The notes: generated by a model from the letters alone, not told the origin. A stretch of DNA of 64,000 bases from Chloroflexota bacterium (GCA_026389845.1 JAPLHB010000170.1:41368-105367), one strand, 5' to 3'. Positions 9,308-19,891 are shown, counted from the stretch's first letter. Program-made: numbers and translations.

Positions 9308-9946
9308 TCAGCGCACTCCGACCAGTGACCTCGCCAATCGCACGGCCGAGCTGGCGTCGGGGCTGTAGCCGTCGGCGCCGATCTGCCTGGCGAAGGCGTC
9401 GGTCACCGGTGCGCCGCCGATCATCACCTTGACCTGGCCGCGCAGGCCAGCCTCGGTGAGCGCCTTCACCGTGCCGCTCATCGAGGGCATAGTGGTGGTG
9501 AGCAGCGCCGACATGCCGATGACCTGGGGCTTGTGCTCCTTGACTGCGTTGACGAACTTTTCCGGCGTCACGTCGGTACCCAGGTCAATCACCTGGAAGC
9601 CGGAGCCTTCGAGCATCATGGCCACCAGGTTTTTGCCGATGTCGTGCAGGTCGCCCTTCACCGTGCCAACGACGACCTTGCCGGCCGGCGTGGCGCTGCC
9701 TTCCGCCAGGTGCGGCTTAAGGTACGCCAGGCCCGCCTTCATGGCCCGCGCCGACACCAGCATTTCCGGCACGAAGTACTCGTTCTCCTCGAAGAGCCGA
9801 CCGACCTCGGCCATGGCCGCGATCAGGCCGTCCTTCAGAACCGTCTCGGCCGGCGCGCCCGCCGCCAGCGCCGCCTTGACGCCTGCCTCGGCGCCCGGTG
9901 CATTGCCGTCCAGGACGGCGTTGTAAATCGCTTCCAGATTGCTCAC
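9308..9946 (-). CDS. Corrinoid (cobalamin-binding) protein of methyltransferase systems
   Basis: It has a B12-binding helical cap plus a Rossmann domain with the D.H..G motif (GDLHDIGKNLV) and GMSALLTTTM. AGGAGGA lies upstream of the ATG. Confidence 0.85.
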   Translation of the reverse strand: MSNLEAIYNAVLDGNAPGAEAGVKAALAAGAPAETVLKDGLIAAMAEVGRLFEENEYFVPEMLVSARAMKAGLAYLKPHLAEGSATPAGKVVVGTVKGDLHDIGKNLVAMMLEGSGFQVIDLGTDVTPEKFVNAVKEHKPQVIGMSALLTTTMPSMSGTVKALTEAGLRGQVKVMIGGAPVTDAFARQIGADGYSPDASSAVRLARSLVGVR

Positions 9947-10147
9947 CTGATCCTCCTGATGAAAACTACGCTAGGCCGTAGCCGGCCAGATTGCCGATCG
10001 CCGATCGGCCGCGCACTACTGCTGCTTACTCTACGCGTAAGCGACGCCGGAGTCCATGACCTTAATCAGCAAGCCGGTATCACTTTTTCAGGTCGCGATC
10101 GGTCAAAACCGTCGAACGACCGCGCCGAAGGTCGGACGGCGATCTTT

Positions 10148-10176
10148 TTGACACAAAGCTGGACTTCTGGTATTAT
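10148..10176 (+). promoter_or_regulatory. Sigma-70-type promoter for tRNA-Lys
   Basis: TTGACA (10148-10153), a 17-nt spacer, then TATTAT (10171-10176), about 30 nt upstream of the tRNA. Confidence 0.6.
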
Positions 10177-10206
10177 CTACCATGCTTCCGGCGCACGGAA
10201 ACGCAC

Positions 10207-10279
10207 GGGTCGCTAGCTCAATTGGCAGAGCATCTGACTCTTAATCAGAGGGTTCAGGGTTCGAGTCCCTGGCGACTCA
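10207..10279 (+). tRNA. tRNA-Lys (anticodon CUU)
   Basis: The cloverleaf can be read by eye. The acceptor stem is GGGTCGC/GCGACTC, the anticodon stem tctga/tcaga with loop cTCTTAAt, and the T arm is GGTTCGAGTCC. CCA is not encoded. Confidence 0.9.
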
Positions 10280-10294
10280 TACGAAATACGGGCC

Positions 10295-10340
10295 AAAAGG
10301 GGCAGCCAACCACTATTAATAGTGGTTGGCTGCCCCTTTT
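10295..10340 (+). terminator. Strong hairpin terminator after tRNA-Lys
   Basis: A 20-bp perfect stem, aaaaggggcagccaaccact / agtggttggctgcccctttt, has the loop attaat and ends in TTTT. Confidence 0.8.
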
Positions 10341-10639
10341 GTCTACCCTCCAGACGGCGCGTGTTGCCAATCGGTTGCCAAACTGCTGGCCGGCCCACCT
10401 CGGTTGCCATACGGGAGACAGGCGGCGCCTGGTGGTCTCTTTTCAGACGGAGGCCCGTCCGCGAACCTGGCCGATCCGCGCTCATGTGCGGCGAACACCT
10501 GGGCCTGCTTTGCGTGGCCGCCTGGGATGACCGGTCGTCTTGGCCTGACGACGAGCTATGCTGGTCGCCATCGGCTGGCAGTTGGCGGCGGTCGCGTGTA
10601 GCCGCGAAATTGCCGAAAAAGAGGTCGCTCTCCGTGAAA

Positions 10640-11000
10640 GAAATAGCCGGCGATCTGCTCTCCTTAATATGTGTCAAGACGACGGTTTGATCGTGGCCAT
10701 GTTCGGCGCGGGAGCACGGGGTTACATCCTCAAGGGCTCACGCAGCGCCAACCTGATGCACGACGTGCGCATCGTGGTCGCTGGCGGCGGGCCATTGACC
10801 CGCACATGGGTGTCCGCCTGCTGCATGCCTACTACTGCGACCACCCGTCGCGCTGCGCTGTGCCGGTTCCCCCGGCGGGAGCCGGATGGCGCTCCAATCT
10901 AGCATCATGCCATCGAACTGACCACTGTCGCCGCGAAATCAACGGAACCACGTGAGCCCGCAAAAGAAATCGGTGCTATGCAATTGAGACTGGTGACTTT
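10640..11000 (+). pseudogene. Decayed, frameshifted remnant of a NarL/FixJ-type response regulator (end of the receiver plus LuxR HTH)
   Basis: DDGLIVAMFGAGARGYILKGSRSANLMHDVRIVVAGGGPL reads in one frame. The expected continuation (DPHMGVRLL.., ..PRREPDG.., ..ELTTVAAKS...KEIGA) is scattered over the other frames with stops. Confidence 0.35.
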
Positions 11001-11006
11001 TGTGAT

Positions 11007-11035
11007 TTGACTTCGGAGGCGCTATATGCGATAAT
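11007..11035 (+). promoter_or_regulatory. Candidate promoter of the HTH gene
   Basis: TTGACT (11007-11012), a 17-nt spacer, then GATAAT (11030-11035). Confidence 0.45.
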
Positions 11036-11102
11036 CCGTGTGCTCGTTACTTTGTATGCGCCCGTGCATGCTTTTTGGCGCTTCTGCTCAATCGTCTCAC
11101 CT

Positions 11103-11351
11103 ATGTTTCTGCGCCCGACGCGGCGCGCGTTCCAACAGGTCAGGTGTCCCTTGCAAGACCTACTCACTGTGCAAGAGGCGGCAGACTATCTCCGCGTCAG
11201 CCGGGCCACCATCTGGCGATGGTGCCGCACGAAAAAGGTGCGCGCAATCCAGATCGGACGGGAATGGCGCATCGTCAACGCCGGCCTACTTCAAATCCAG
11301 GAAGACGTGACGCCCCGCGAGGCCATTCCCTACATGACACACCCGTCGTAG
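11103..11351 (+). CDS. Excisionase-family helix-turn-helix DNA-binding protein
   Basis: LLTVQEAADYLRVSRATIWRWCRTKKVRAIQIGREWRI is the classic HTH_17/excisionase-family motif. The exact start is uncertain within ORF 11007..11351. Confidence 0.7.
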   Translation: MFLRPTRRAFQQVRCPLQDLLTVQEAADYLRVSRATIWRWCRTKKVRAIQIGREWRIVNAGLLQIQEDVTPREAIPYMTHPS

Positions 11352-11517
11352 CTTCTCTCCGGTAATGCCGCACCGGGCCTGGCGATGCGTCAGGCTCCAG
11401 ATGGCTAAACCGGACGGGCCACCAGCAGATGACTCGTTAGCTCCGGACTGCGTCACATCACACAATAGCCACAACATCGCCTTGTGAGGCGACGTTGCGG
11501 CGGAGCTTTGCCACCGC

Positions 11518-12282
11518 TTGAGCACTATTCCTTCTCACGCTGCCCCGCCTCAAGCCAGCCTGCTGGCGGGGGGGCGGCTCTACCTGGGTCGCCAGGCCAG
11601 CAGCCTGCCGCGCTACCTGATCGAACAGTTCATCTTGACCCTGATCGGCTGGGTGCCGACCATTGTCGGCATCGCGCTGCGCGCCCTGGTCTACCGCCTG
11701 ATCCTGCACATGGACGGCGCGGCGGCCATCGAGAACGGCGTACGCCTGCGCTTTGCCGATCAGATCCGCCTGGGACGCAACGTCTACCTGGATCAGGGGG
11801 TCTATCTTCATGCCTGCCCCCAGGGTATCACCATCGGCGCCAACACCCTGGTGATGCACGGCGCCGTGCTCCACGTCTACAACTTCCGCAACCTGCCCCA
11901 CGCGTTCATCCGCATCGGGCAGGACAGCCTGATCGGCGAGCTGAACGTGCTGCGGGGCCAGGGCGGCATCACCATCGGCGACCGGGTCTACACTGCGCCG
12001 CTGGTGCAAATCCTTGCCGTCAACCATGTCTTCAGCAACCCCGACCGGCCGATGCTCGAGCAGGGGATCACGGCCGAAGGGATTGCGATCGAAGATGACG
12101 TCTGGATCGGCGCCGGGGCAATCATCACCGACGGAGTGCGCGTAGGCCGGGGCGCCGTGATTGCAGCGGGCGCTGTCGTGACCCAAGATGTCCCCCCCCA
12201 TACAGCGGTCGGCGGCGTGCCGGCCCGCGTGTTGAAGCAGATTGATGGCTCGACCCAGGCGCACGGGCCGGTGCATTATTGA
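11518..12282 (+). CDS. Left-handed beta-helix (hexapeptide-repeat) acetyltransferase
   Basis: It has hexapeptide repeats and the C-terminal [49 protein letters not shown]. Confidence 0.8.
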   Translation: MSTIPSHAAPPQASLLAGGRLYLGRQASSLPRYLIEQFILTLIGWVPTIVGIALRALVYRLILHMDGAAAIENGVRLRFADQIRLGRNVYLDQGVYLHACPQGITIGANTLVMHGAVLHVYNFRNLPHAFIRIGQDSLIGELNVLRGQGGITIGDRVYTAPLVQILAVNHVFSNPDRPMLEQGITAEGIAIEDDVWIGAGAIITDGVRVGRGAVIAAGAVVTQDVPPHTAVGGVPARVLKQIDGSTQAHGPVHY

Positions 12283-12318
12283 CAGGCGCTACGCAATCAG
12301 CCCGCTTTTCGGCCACGA

Positions 12319-13595
12319 ATGTCACGAATTGACACGAAAAGGCCTGCAGAGAAACCCATGACTGTCCTCTCGGTCGTTATTCCGGCCTATAATGAAGCGG
12401 AGAGCATCCAGGCTGTAATGGAGCGCGTCCTGGCCGTTCGGCCGCGACTGACGGAGGTCGGCGTGAGCGATCTGGAGCTGATCGTGGTGGACGACGGCTC
12501 GCGCGACCGCACGGCCGAGCTGGTCGAGGCCACCCCCGGCGCCCGGCTGATCCGCCATCGCACGAACGGCGGCTACGGCGCGGCGCTCAAGACCGGCTTT
12601 GCGGCGGCCCGCGGGGAGTGGATCGGCTTCCTGGACGCCGACGGCACCTATCCCCCCGAATCCTTCCCCGAGCTGTGCCGCGTGGGACTGGCGCAGGACG
12701 CCGACATCGTCATCGGGTCGCGCATGGCCGGCGCGGCGAGCGAGATGCCGGCCGTGCGGCGGGTGGGCAACTTCATCTTCGCCAACCTGGTGAGCTTGGT
12801 CAGCGCCCAGCGCATCACCGATTCGGCCAGCGGCATGCGGGTCTTCAAGAAGAGTGTGCTCGAACGCATCTACCCGCTGCCCGACGGGCTAAACCTGACC
12901 CCGGTGATGAGCACGCGCGCCCTGCACGAGGGCCTCAAGATGATCGAGGTGCCCATTCCCTACAGCGAGCGCGCCGGCCGCTCGAAGCTGAGCGTGGTGC
13001 GCGACGGGATGCGCTTCGCCCAGTCCATCGTCTGGACCGCGCTGACCTACAACCCGGTGCGGCAGTTGGGGCTGATCGGGCTGGCCTGCCTGGCGGTGAC
13101 GCTGGCTGTGGCGCTGTGGATCGTGGTGCAACGCGTCCAGGGGATCACGACCCTGTCGCCGTGGGGCATCTTCGCACTGTTCACGGCCGCGGTGCTGGGC
13201 GTGGCCGGGGTGAGCATCTTCCTGCTGGGGGTGATGTTCAACTACCTGGTGGCGATCTTCTACAAACGGCCGATCCGCCAGGGCCTCTTCGGTCCGTCGC
13301 TCTTTCGCTCGCCCCTCGACCGGCACTTCTGGTGGCTGGGGCTGCTGGCCCTTCTGACCGGCATCCTCCTGGCCGTCGCCAGCCTGGCCCTTAGCCTGCG
13401 CGGTTGGCCCGCGGATCGGCTCTGGTTCTGGCAGCTCGGCGCCGCGATGAACGCCATCATCGGCGTGCAACTCATCATCGGCTGGTTCATCATGCGGGTG
13501 CTGGAGGAGTTGAGCCAGCGGGAGGCGCGGGTGGCGGGGGATATGCGGGCGAATGGGCAGGGGTCAGGGGGCAGGGATCAGGAGTCAGCCCACCC

Positions 13596-13599
<4 letters not shown>
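12319..13599 (+). CDS. GT2 glycosyltransferase (polyprenyl-phosphate sugar synthase-like) with C-terminal membrane domain
   Basis: [14 protein letters not shown]...[10 protein letters not shown]...DADGTYPPE are the GT-A motifs. Several transmembrane helices follow. An alternative start is at 12358. Confidence 0.85.
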
Positions 13600-15205
<1,606 letters not shown>

Positions 15206-15209
<4 letters not shown>

Positions 15210-16250
15210 TCGCGATCCTCGATCTGGCGTTGACCGGCATTGCCGGCGCTCTTTGGTATCTCTGGCCCGCGTTGGGGCCCTGGCCGCTCCTGCTGATCGC
15301 GGCGGGGCGCCTGGCCCGCATTTTAACACCCGGTCACCGCGGATGGCAGCGCACCCGTTACGACCTGCCGCTGCTGCTCTTCGGCGCGACCGCAGCGTTC
15401 GGCGCGTGGCTGGCGTATGATCCGGCCGCCGGCTGGGGCAAATTCTGGGGCATCGTCGGCGGGCTGGCGCTTTATGACAGTCTGGCGCGCGGGCCGGAGG
15501 ATGTGCACATCGCCGGCCGGGCGTTCTCGCCCCAACGACTGATCTTCGCCCTGCTGCCCGCGGTCATCGCCCTCTACTTCCTGTTGACGACCGATTGGTC
15601 GCGCTGGATGGGCAAGCTGCCGTGGCTCGATCCGATCATGGCTTGGCTGGCCGCCTGGCAGCCCGATCTGCCGGGGCATCGGCTGCACCCCAACGTGGCC
15701 GGCGGGCTGATCGCCGCCTTGATCCCCTTGCAGGTGGCCGCGGTGCGAGGGCGGAGGATCGCAGGCCCGCTCGTCGGCCTCGCGGCGCTCGGTCTGCTGC
15801 TGACCGGCTCGCGCGGGGCCTGGCTGGCTCTGGGGGCGGCCAGCGCAGCCTGGGCGGTCTGGCGGGGGTGGATCCGCCGCTGGCCGCGCCAGGTTCGATG
15901 GACCGCGGCCGCGCTGCTGGCAGTGAGCGGAGTCGCCGCGGCAGTGATCGCGCTGGCGCTTGGCCCCGCCCTACTCCCCGGTGGTCGCCTGGAACTCTGG
16001 CGCAACAGCCTCGACCTGGCGCTGGACACCCCGTTCACCGGTCTCGGCCTGGGCGGCTTCCAGATGGCCTATTCCAGCTATGTGCTGATGCTCCACGTGG
16101 GCCACACGATCCACAGCCATAACCTGCTGCTGGACATCTGGCTGGAGCAGGGGCTGGTGGGGGCGGCGGCGTTCGGGTGGCTGCTAGTAGAGTCGGCAGT
16201 GGTCAGGGGTCAGGGGTCAGTCGTCAGTCGTCAGTTTTCAGTGGGGCTCG
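15206..16250 (+). CDS. O-antigen ligase/polymerase-like membrane protein (Wzy_C), N-terminal part up to a frame break
   Basis: It has multiple transmembrane helices and the motif GLGLGGF...HSHNLLLDIWLEQGLVGAAAFGW. After the repeat at 16199-16243 this frame becomes Arg/Gly-rich nonsense. Confidence 0.7.
16199..16243 (+). repeat. Heptamer tandem repeat (GGTCAGG/CGTCAGT) at the frame break in the O-antigen-ligase gene
   Basis: The units ggtcagg ggtcagg ggtcagt cgtcagt cgtcagt tttcagt are followed by a GGGG run (16243-16246). Confidence 0.85.
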
Positions 16251-16259
16251 GCGGCGCTC

Positions 16260-16949
16260 ATGGCGCTGGGGGTGATCCTGTTGCACGGGCTGGTGGACGA
16301 TGCCTTTTACGGCAGCCGCGGGGTGCTGCTGCTGTTTGTCCCCTTTGCGCTGCTGGCGCGGGAGGAGCAGGAAAGGGGGAGACAGGGAGACAGGCAGAGA
16401 GGGAGAGGGGGAGCCTTGATCTCAGCCTCAGCCTTAGCCCTGCTCCTCGCCCTGCTGCCAGCCACGCGGGCGGTATTTCAGGCGAACCTGGCCGCGTTGG
16501 CGCAGACGCGGGCCGAGCTTTCGGTCTACCGCTGGCCGGCCTATCCGATCCAAGACGCGCTGCGGCGGCAGGCGCCCGGCAGCCCACCACCCGTGGACCT
16601 GGCCCCGGCGATCGCCCGTTACCGCACCGCGTTGGCGCTGGATCCCGGCAACGCGGCCGCCAATCGCCGCCTGGGGCAGATCGAGCTTTCGCTCGGGCAG
16701 TACGATGCTGCTCGCCGCCACCTGGAGGCCGCCTATGCCACGGCGCCGGGCCAGCGGGCCACGCGCCAACTGTTGGGCGAAACCTACGCCCTCGCCGGCG
16801 ACCCCGGCCGCGCCGCTGCCCTGTGGCGCGCCGTAGATCTGAGCCAGGGACAACTGGCCTTGCGCGAGTGGTGGTACGGCGCCATCGGCGAGACCGCCAA
16901 TCAGCAGCGCATCACGCGGGCCATCCGCCAACTGACAACCGATCACTGA
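16260..16949 (+). CDS. C-terminal part of the O-antigen-ligase-like protein (last transmembrane helices plus TPR domain), in a different frame
   Basis: ALGVILLHGLVDDAFYGSRGVLLLFVPFALL continues the Wzy_C topology. TPR-like ALALDPGNAAANRRLGQIELSLGQYDAA follows. This frame is open from 16191. Confidence 0.7.
   Translation: MALGVILLHGLVDDAFYGSRGVLLLFVPFALLAREEQERGRQGDRQRGRGGALISASALALLLALLPATRAVFQANLAALAQTRAELSVYRWPAYPIQDALRRQAPGSPPPVDLAPAIARYRTALALDPGNAAANRRLGQIELSLGQYDAARRHLEAAYATAPGQRATRQLLGETYALAGDPGRAAALWRAVDLSQGQLALREWWYGAIGETANQQRITRAIRQLTTDH
16361..16460 (+). repeat. Purine-rich then pyrimidine-rich simple repeat, in-frame
   Basis: ggaaagggggagacagggagacaggcagagagggagaggggg is followed by ccttgatctcagcctcagccttagccctgctcctcgccctg. 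It encodes EEQERGRQGDRQRGRGGALISASALALLLALL. Confidence 0.75.
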
Positions 16950-17821
16950 TGACTGACAACACCCTAGCCCCCAGCTCCCAACTCCCAATCCCCACCGTGG
17001 TGATCGAGCCGACCCGCGGCCTGGCCGCGCTGCAACTGCGCGCGGTGTGGGAGTATCGCGAGCTGCTCTTCTTCCTGGCCTGGCGCGACATCAAGGTGCG
17101 CTACAAGCAGACCGCGCTGGGAGTCGCGTGGATCGTCCTGCAGCCGCTCCTGAGCACGGTCATCTTCACGCTGATCTTCGGCGGGCTGCTCAAGGTGCCG
17201 TCGGAGGGCGCGCCCTATGCCGTCTTTGCTTTGGCCGCGCTGGCCCCGTGGCAGTATTTCGCCGGCAGCCTGAGCCGGGTGGGCGGCAGCCTGATCAACA
17301 GCGCCAACCTGATCACCAAGGTCTATTTCCCGCGGCTGATCATCCCGCTCTCGGGCGTGATCTCGACCCTGGTGGATTTCGCCATCGCCTGCGCCGTACT
17401 GGTCGTCCTGCTGATCTTCTACCGGATCCCGCTGACGATCAACGTCGTGTGGCTGCCGGCGTTCCTGCTCCTGGCGGTGACCACCGCGCTGGGCTTCGGG
17501 CTGTGGCTGGCCGCGCTCAACGTGCGCTTCCGCGACGTGAACTATCTGATCCCGTTCATGCTGCAAATCTGGATGTACGTCACACCCGTGGTCTACGGCA
17601 CGTCGCTGATCCCCGCGCGCTTCCGGCCGCTCCTGGCGCTGAATCCCATGACCGGCGTCGTCGAAGGCTTCCGCTGGGCGCTGCTGGGGACAGGAGTCAG
17701 CGGGCAGGGATCAGGGGACAGCCTGCTGACCGCGGTCTCGGTGGTCATCGCGCTGATCGTCCTGGCATCGGGGCTGGTCTTCTTCCGCAGCACCGAGCGG
17801 ACCTTCGCGGATGTGATTTGA
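16949..17821 (+). CDS. wzm: ABC-2-type polysaccharide export permease
   Basis: LRAVWEYRELLFFLAWRDIKVRYKQTALGVAWIVLQPLL is the ABC-2/Wzm-TagG signature, followed by six transmembrane segments. The start overlaps the upstream stop as TGATG. Confidence 0.85.
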   Translation: MTDNTLAPSSQLPIPTVVIEPTRGLAALQLRAVWEYRELLFFLAWRDIKVRYKQTALGVAWIVLQPLLSTVIFTLIFGGLLKVPSEGAPYAVFALAALAPWQYFAGSLSRVGGSLINSANLITKVYFPRLIIPLSGVISTLVDFAIACAVLVVLLIFYRIPLTINVVWLPAFLLLAVTTALGFGLWLAALNVRFRDVNYLIPFMLQIWMYVTPVVYGTSLIPARFRPLLALNPMTGVVEGFRWALLGTGVSGQGSGDSLLTAVSVVIALIVLASGLVFFRSTERTFADVI

Positions 17822-17844
17822 GGGTGGTCGCTGCCGAACGGCAT

Positions 17845-17873
17845 TTGACGCCAGGGCAGGCGCGGGGTAGAAT
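17845..17873 (+). promoter_or_regulatory. Sigma-70-type promoter (module P1, copy a)
   Basis: TTGACG (17845-17850), a 17-nt spacer, then TAGAAT (17868-17873). GGGAGGGG precedes the ATG at 17922. Confidence 0.65.
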
Positions 17874-17921
17874 GTGTGGGTCAGAATCGAGCATAGACGA
17901 ATGGCAGGGAGGGGTATCTGA

Positions 17922-18269
17922 ATGGGCGCCAATTTTGCTATCGCGGTCGAGCCGTTGGTTCGACGCCAGATCTTTGCCACCGAAGAACAGGCCGCACGCG
18001 AATTAGTGCGGGATTACATACTGCGCCAGATCGCGCCTTTGCAGCGGGAAGTAACCCGCTTTGAGCGCAGATATGGCATGCGTTTCGAGCGTTTCGGCGA
18101 GTATCTTCACGAACGCTCGCTGCTGTTGCAGACCAGCGAACTGGCGCCCCAGCAACGCCAGGCCCTCGGTCAGGCCATCATGCAGGAAGAGGATGCTTGG
18201 CTCGACTGGAAAGCAGCCCAAGAAATGCTGGAAAGCTGGCTGGGATTACGCCAAGAGGTAACGGGGTGA
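17922..18269 (+). CDS. Putative antitoxin-like small protein (partner of the DUF6516-like gene)
   Basis: This 115-aa helical protein (..FERRYGMRFERFGEYL...DAWLDWKAAQEMLE) is coupled to the next gene by a GTGA overlap. Confidence 0.5.
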   Translation: MGANFAIAVEPLVRRQIFATEEQAARELVRDYILRQIAPLQREVTRFERRYGMRFERFGEYLHERSLLLQTSELAPQQRQALGQAIMQEEDAWLDWKAAQEMLESWLGLRQEVTG

Positions 18270-18652
18270 CGTCTCTACCCTCTCTGCTCGGGGCCTTGAG
18301 CGCAACAATCCAGGCGCATTCCCTGTGCAAACGCGTCGCAGACATCGAGACTCGGGAATTCACAGCCAATCAATTTCTCTTCAAAATCAGAGCCGAATTT
18401 GCCAATAAGACGACCCTCCAGGTGCGTGTCTACTTCAACCGGGGCCACATTGACTACGCTTATCAGCTTTTCGCAGACACACCGCTGCTGCGCTGGGACA
18501 ACAAGGAAGAATTCCGTTCTATCGCGACCTACCCCCACCATCACCATGATGCGCAAGGCAACGTCCAACCCTCGCCGTTGCTTGGCGATCCCGTCTCCGA
18601 TATCCGGATGGTGCTGGCAGCCGTGTCGCAATTCCTGGCCACCAACAACTAA
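18266..18652 (+). CDS. DUF6516 (TumE-family)-like putative toxin
   Basis: The GTG at 18266 overlaps the upstream stop. The core LLRWDNKEEFRSIATYPHHHHD resembles the RwDN...PHHkH core remembered for DUF6516. Family assignment comes from memory only. Confidence 0.45.
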   Translation: MTSLPSLLGALSATIQAHSLCKRVADIETREFTANQFLFKIRAEFANKTTLQVRVYFNRGHIDYAYQLFADTPLLRWDNKEEFRSIATYPHHHHDAQGNVQPSPLLGDPVSDIRMVLAAVSQFLATNN

Positions 18653-18656
18653 AACT

Positions 18657-18975
18657 ATGCCCAACATCGCCATCCGCGTCGACCACCTGGGCAAGCTCTA
18701 CCACATCGGCCAGCTCCAGCAACGCCACGACACCCTGCGCGATGCGATTTCGGATTTCCGATTGCGAATTTCGGATTCTTTTCGCCGCTCCAATCCGCAA
18801 TCCACAATCCGCAATCCGAAGACCTCTGGGCTTTGCGCGACGTCTCCTTCGAGGTGCAGCGCGGCGAGGTGGTGGGCATCCCTTCGACTACGCTCAGGAC
18901 AGGCATCGGCCGCAACGGCGCGGGGAAGAGCACGCTGCTCAAGATCCTCTCCCGCATCACCGAGCCGATGGGCGC
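18657..18975 (+). pseudogene. wzt decoy a: codons 1-30 and the Walker A region of the ABC ATPase, interrupted by a simple repeat and a 24-nt insertion
   Basis: [30 protein letters not shown] plus [20 protein letters not shown][PSTTLRTG][23 protein letters not shown] parallels the real wzt at 25117. The copy is truncated after about codon 95. Confidence 0.8.
18747..18820 (+). repeat. Simple repeat with complementary arms (CGGATT)n / (AATCCGC)n
   Basis: atttcggatttccgattgcgaatttcggattc ... caatccgcaatccacaatccgcaatccgaag. Confidence 0.85.
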
Positions 18976-18992
18976 CTGCCGCGTGGTTGCTC

Positions 18993-19022
18993 TTGCCGAA
19001 TCGGCGTCTGGTAAGGTATAAT
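18993..19022 (+). promoter_or_regulatory. Candidate promoter of vapBC
   Basis: TTGCCG (18993-18998), an 18-nt spacer, then TATAAT (19017-19022). AGGAG lies at 19045-19049. Confidence 0.45.
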
Positions 19023-19056
19023 CACCCCAGCAATAATCTGGCATAGGAGACCCGAA

Positions 19057-19320
19057 ATGTTACATGAGCAAGAGTTAGAAGTTCGGCAAGGTGTCTGGAT
19101 TGACAAAGATTGGCTCAAAAGCGCCGGTTTGGGCGGCCGGCTAAACGTGCTGGTGCAACCCGGTGAGATTCGTATTTTGCCGGCGAAGGGATCGCCCAAG
19201 CAGATCGGCACTACCTTAGGCTGGGACGTCTTCAGGTCTTTGGGAGACGCCGCCGCGCCCGGTCAACTGCCCGACGCAGCCGTAGAGCATGACCGCTACC
19301 TGTACGGGAAGCAGCTATGA
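19057..19320 (+). CDS. vapB: AbrB/SpoVT-type antitoxin
   Basis: GVWIDKDWLKSAGLGGRLNVLVQPGEIRILP is a swapped-hairpin AbrB-like motif. It overlaps the PIN gene by 4 nt. Confidence 0.75.
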   Translation: MLHEQELEVRQGVWIDKDWLKSAGLGGRLNVLVQPGEIRILPAKGSPKQIGTTLGWDVFRSLGDAAAPGQLPDAAVEHDRYLYGKQL

Positions 19321-19733
19321 GGCAGGTCTTTGTTGATACCAGCGCCTGGGATGCGCTGGCCGACAGTCGAGACGCGCGGCATGACCCGGCGCTGGTATTC
19401 AGGCAAGAGATCGCCGGCCGCGCGCAGTTGGTTGTTACAGACTACATTCTAGACGAACTGTACACACTGTTGCTGCTCAATATCGGCTACCAGAGCACCG
19501 TCAATTTCAAGGGCAAGCTCGACACCCTTGCCAAAGAGGGCGTAATGTCTGTGGTGTGGGTTACCGAAGCCATCGCCCAGGAAGCCTGGGAGGTTTTCAA
19601 GCGGTTTAACGTGGACAAAAGTTGGTCATTCACTGACTGTGTGTCTTACGTGGTGATGAAACGGCGTGGTATCACGGAAGCGTTCACTTTTGACCACCAC
19701 TTTGAGCAAATGGGCTTCGGTAAACTCCCGTAA
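19317..19733 (+). CDS. vapC: PIN-domain toxin
   Basis: MRQVFVDTSAW...DYILDELYTLL...FTDCVSYVVM...AFTFDHHF carries the four conserved acidic positions of a PIN domain. Confidence 0.85.
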   Translation: MRQVFVDTSAWDALADSRDARHDPALVFRQEIAGRAQLVVTDYILDELYTLLLLNIGYQSTVNFKGKLDTLAKEGVMSVVWVTEAIAQEAWEVFKRFNVDKSWSFTDCVSYVVMKRRGITEAFTFDHHFEQMGFGKLP

Positions 19734-19789
19734 GGTCCCAAATCGAAGACGGTCCTCCACTCTCTGCGTTCCGTCTTGAAGTTCACCCT

Positions 19790-19879
19790 ATGTTCAACAG
19801 CGCCATCCGCGTCGACCACCTGAGCAAGCTCTACCACATCGGCAAGCTCCAGATCGCCTACGACTGTGGCGAAGAGTAA
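19790..19879 (+). pseudogene. wzt decoy b (first ~20 codons only)
   Basis: MFNSAIRVDHLSKLYHIGKLQIAYDCGEE*. The nucleotide match to 25126-25175 and 18666-18715 is visible by eye. Confidence 0.75.
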
Positions 19880-19891
19880 GGAGTATTGAGT

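Noticed and set aside
9947-10147. A cobalamin riboswitch upstream of the corrinoid protein gene (minus strand).
   Set aside because: I could not find a B12-box-like element or the expected conserved core when reading the reverse complement. A covariance-model scan would be needed to confirm absence.
10213-10690. ORFs overlapping the tRNA and its terminator: 10213..10677 (minus), 10222..10530, 10322..10690.
   Set aside because: They run through the tRNA gene or hairpin and show no protein-like features. The region is better explained as decayed non-coding DNA.
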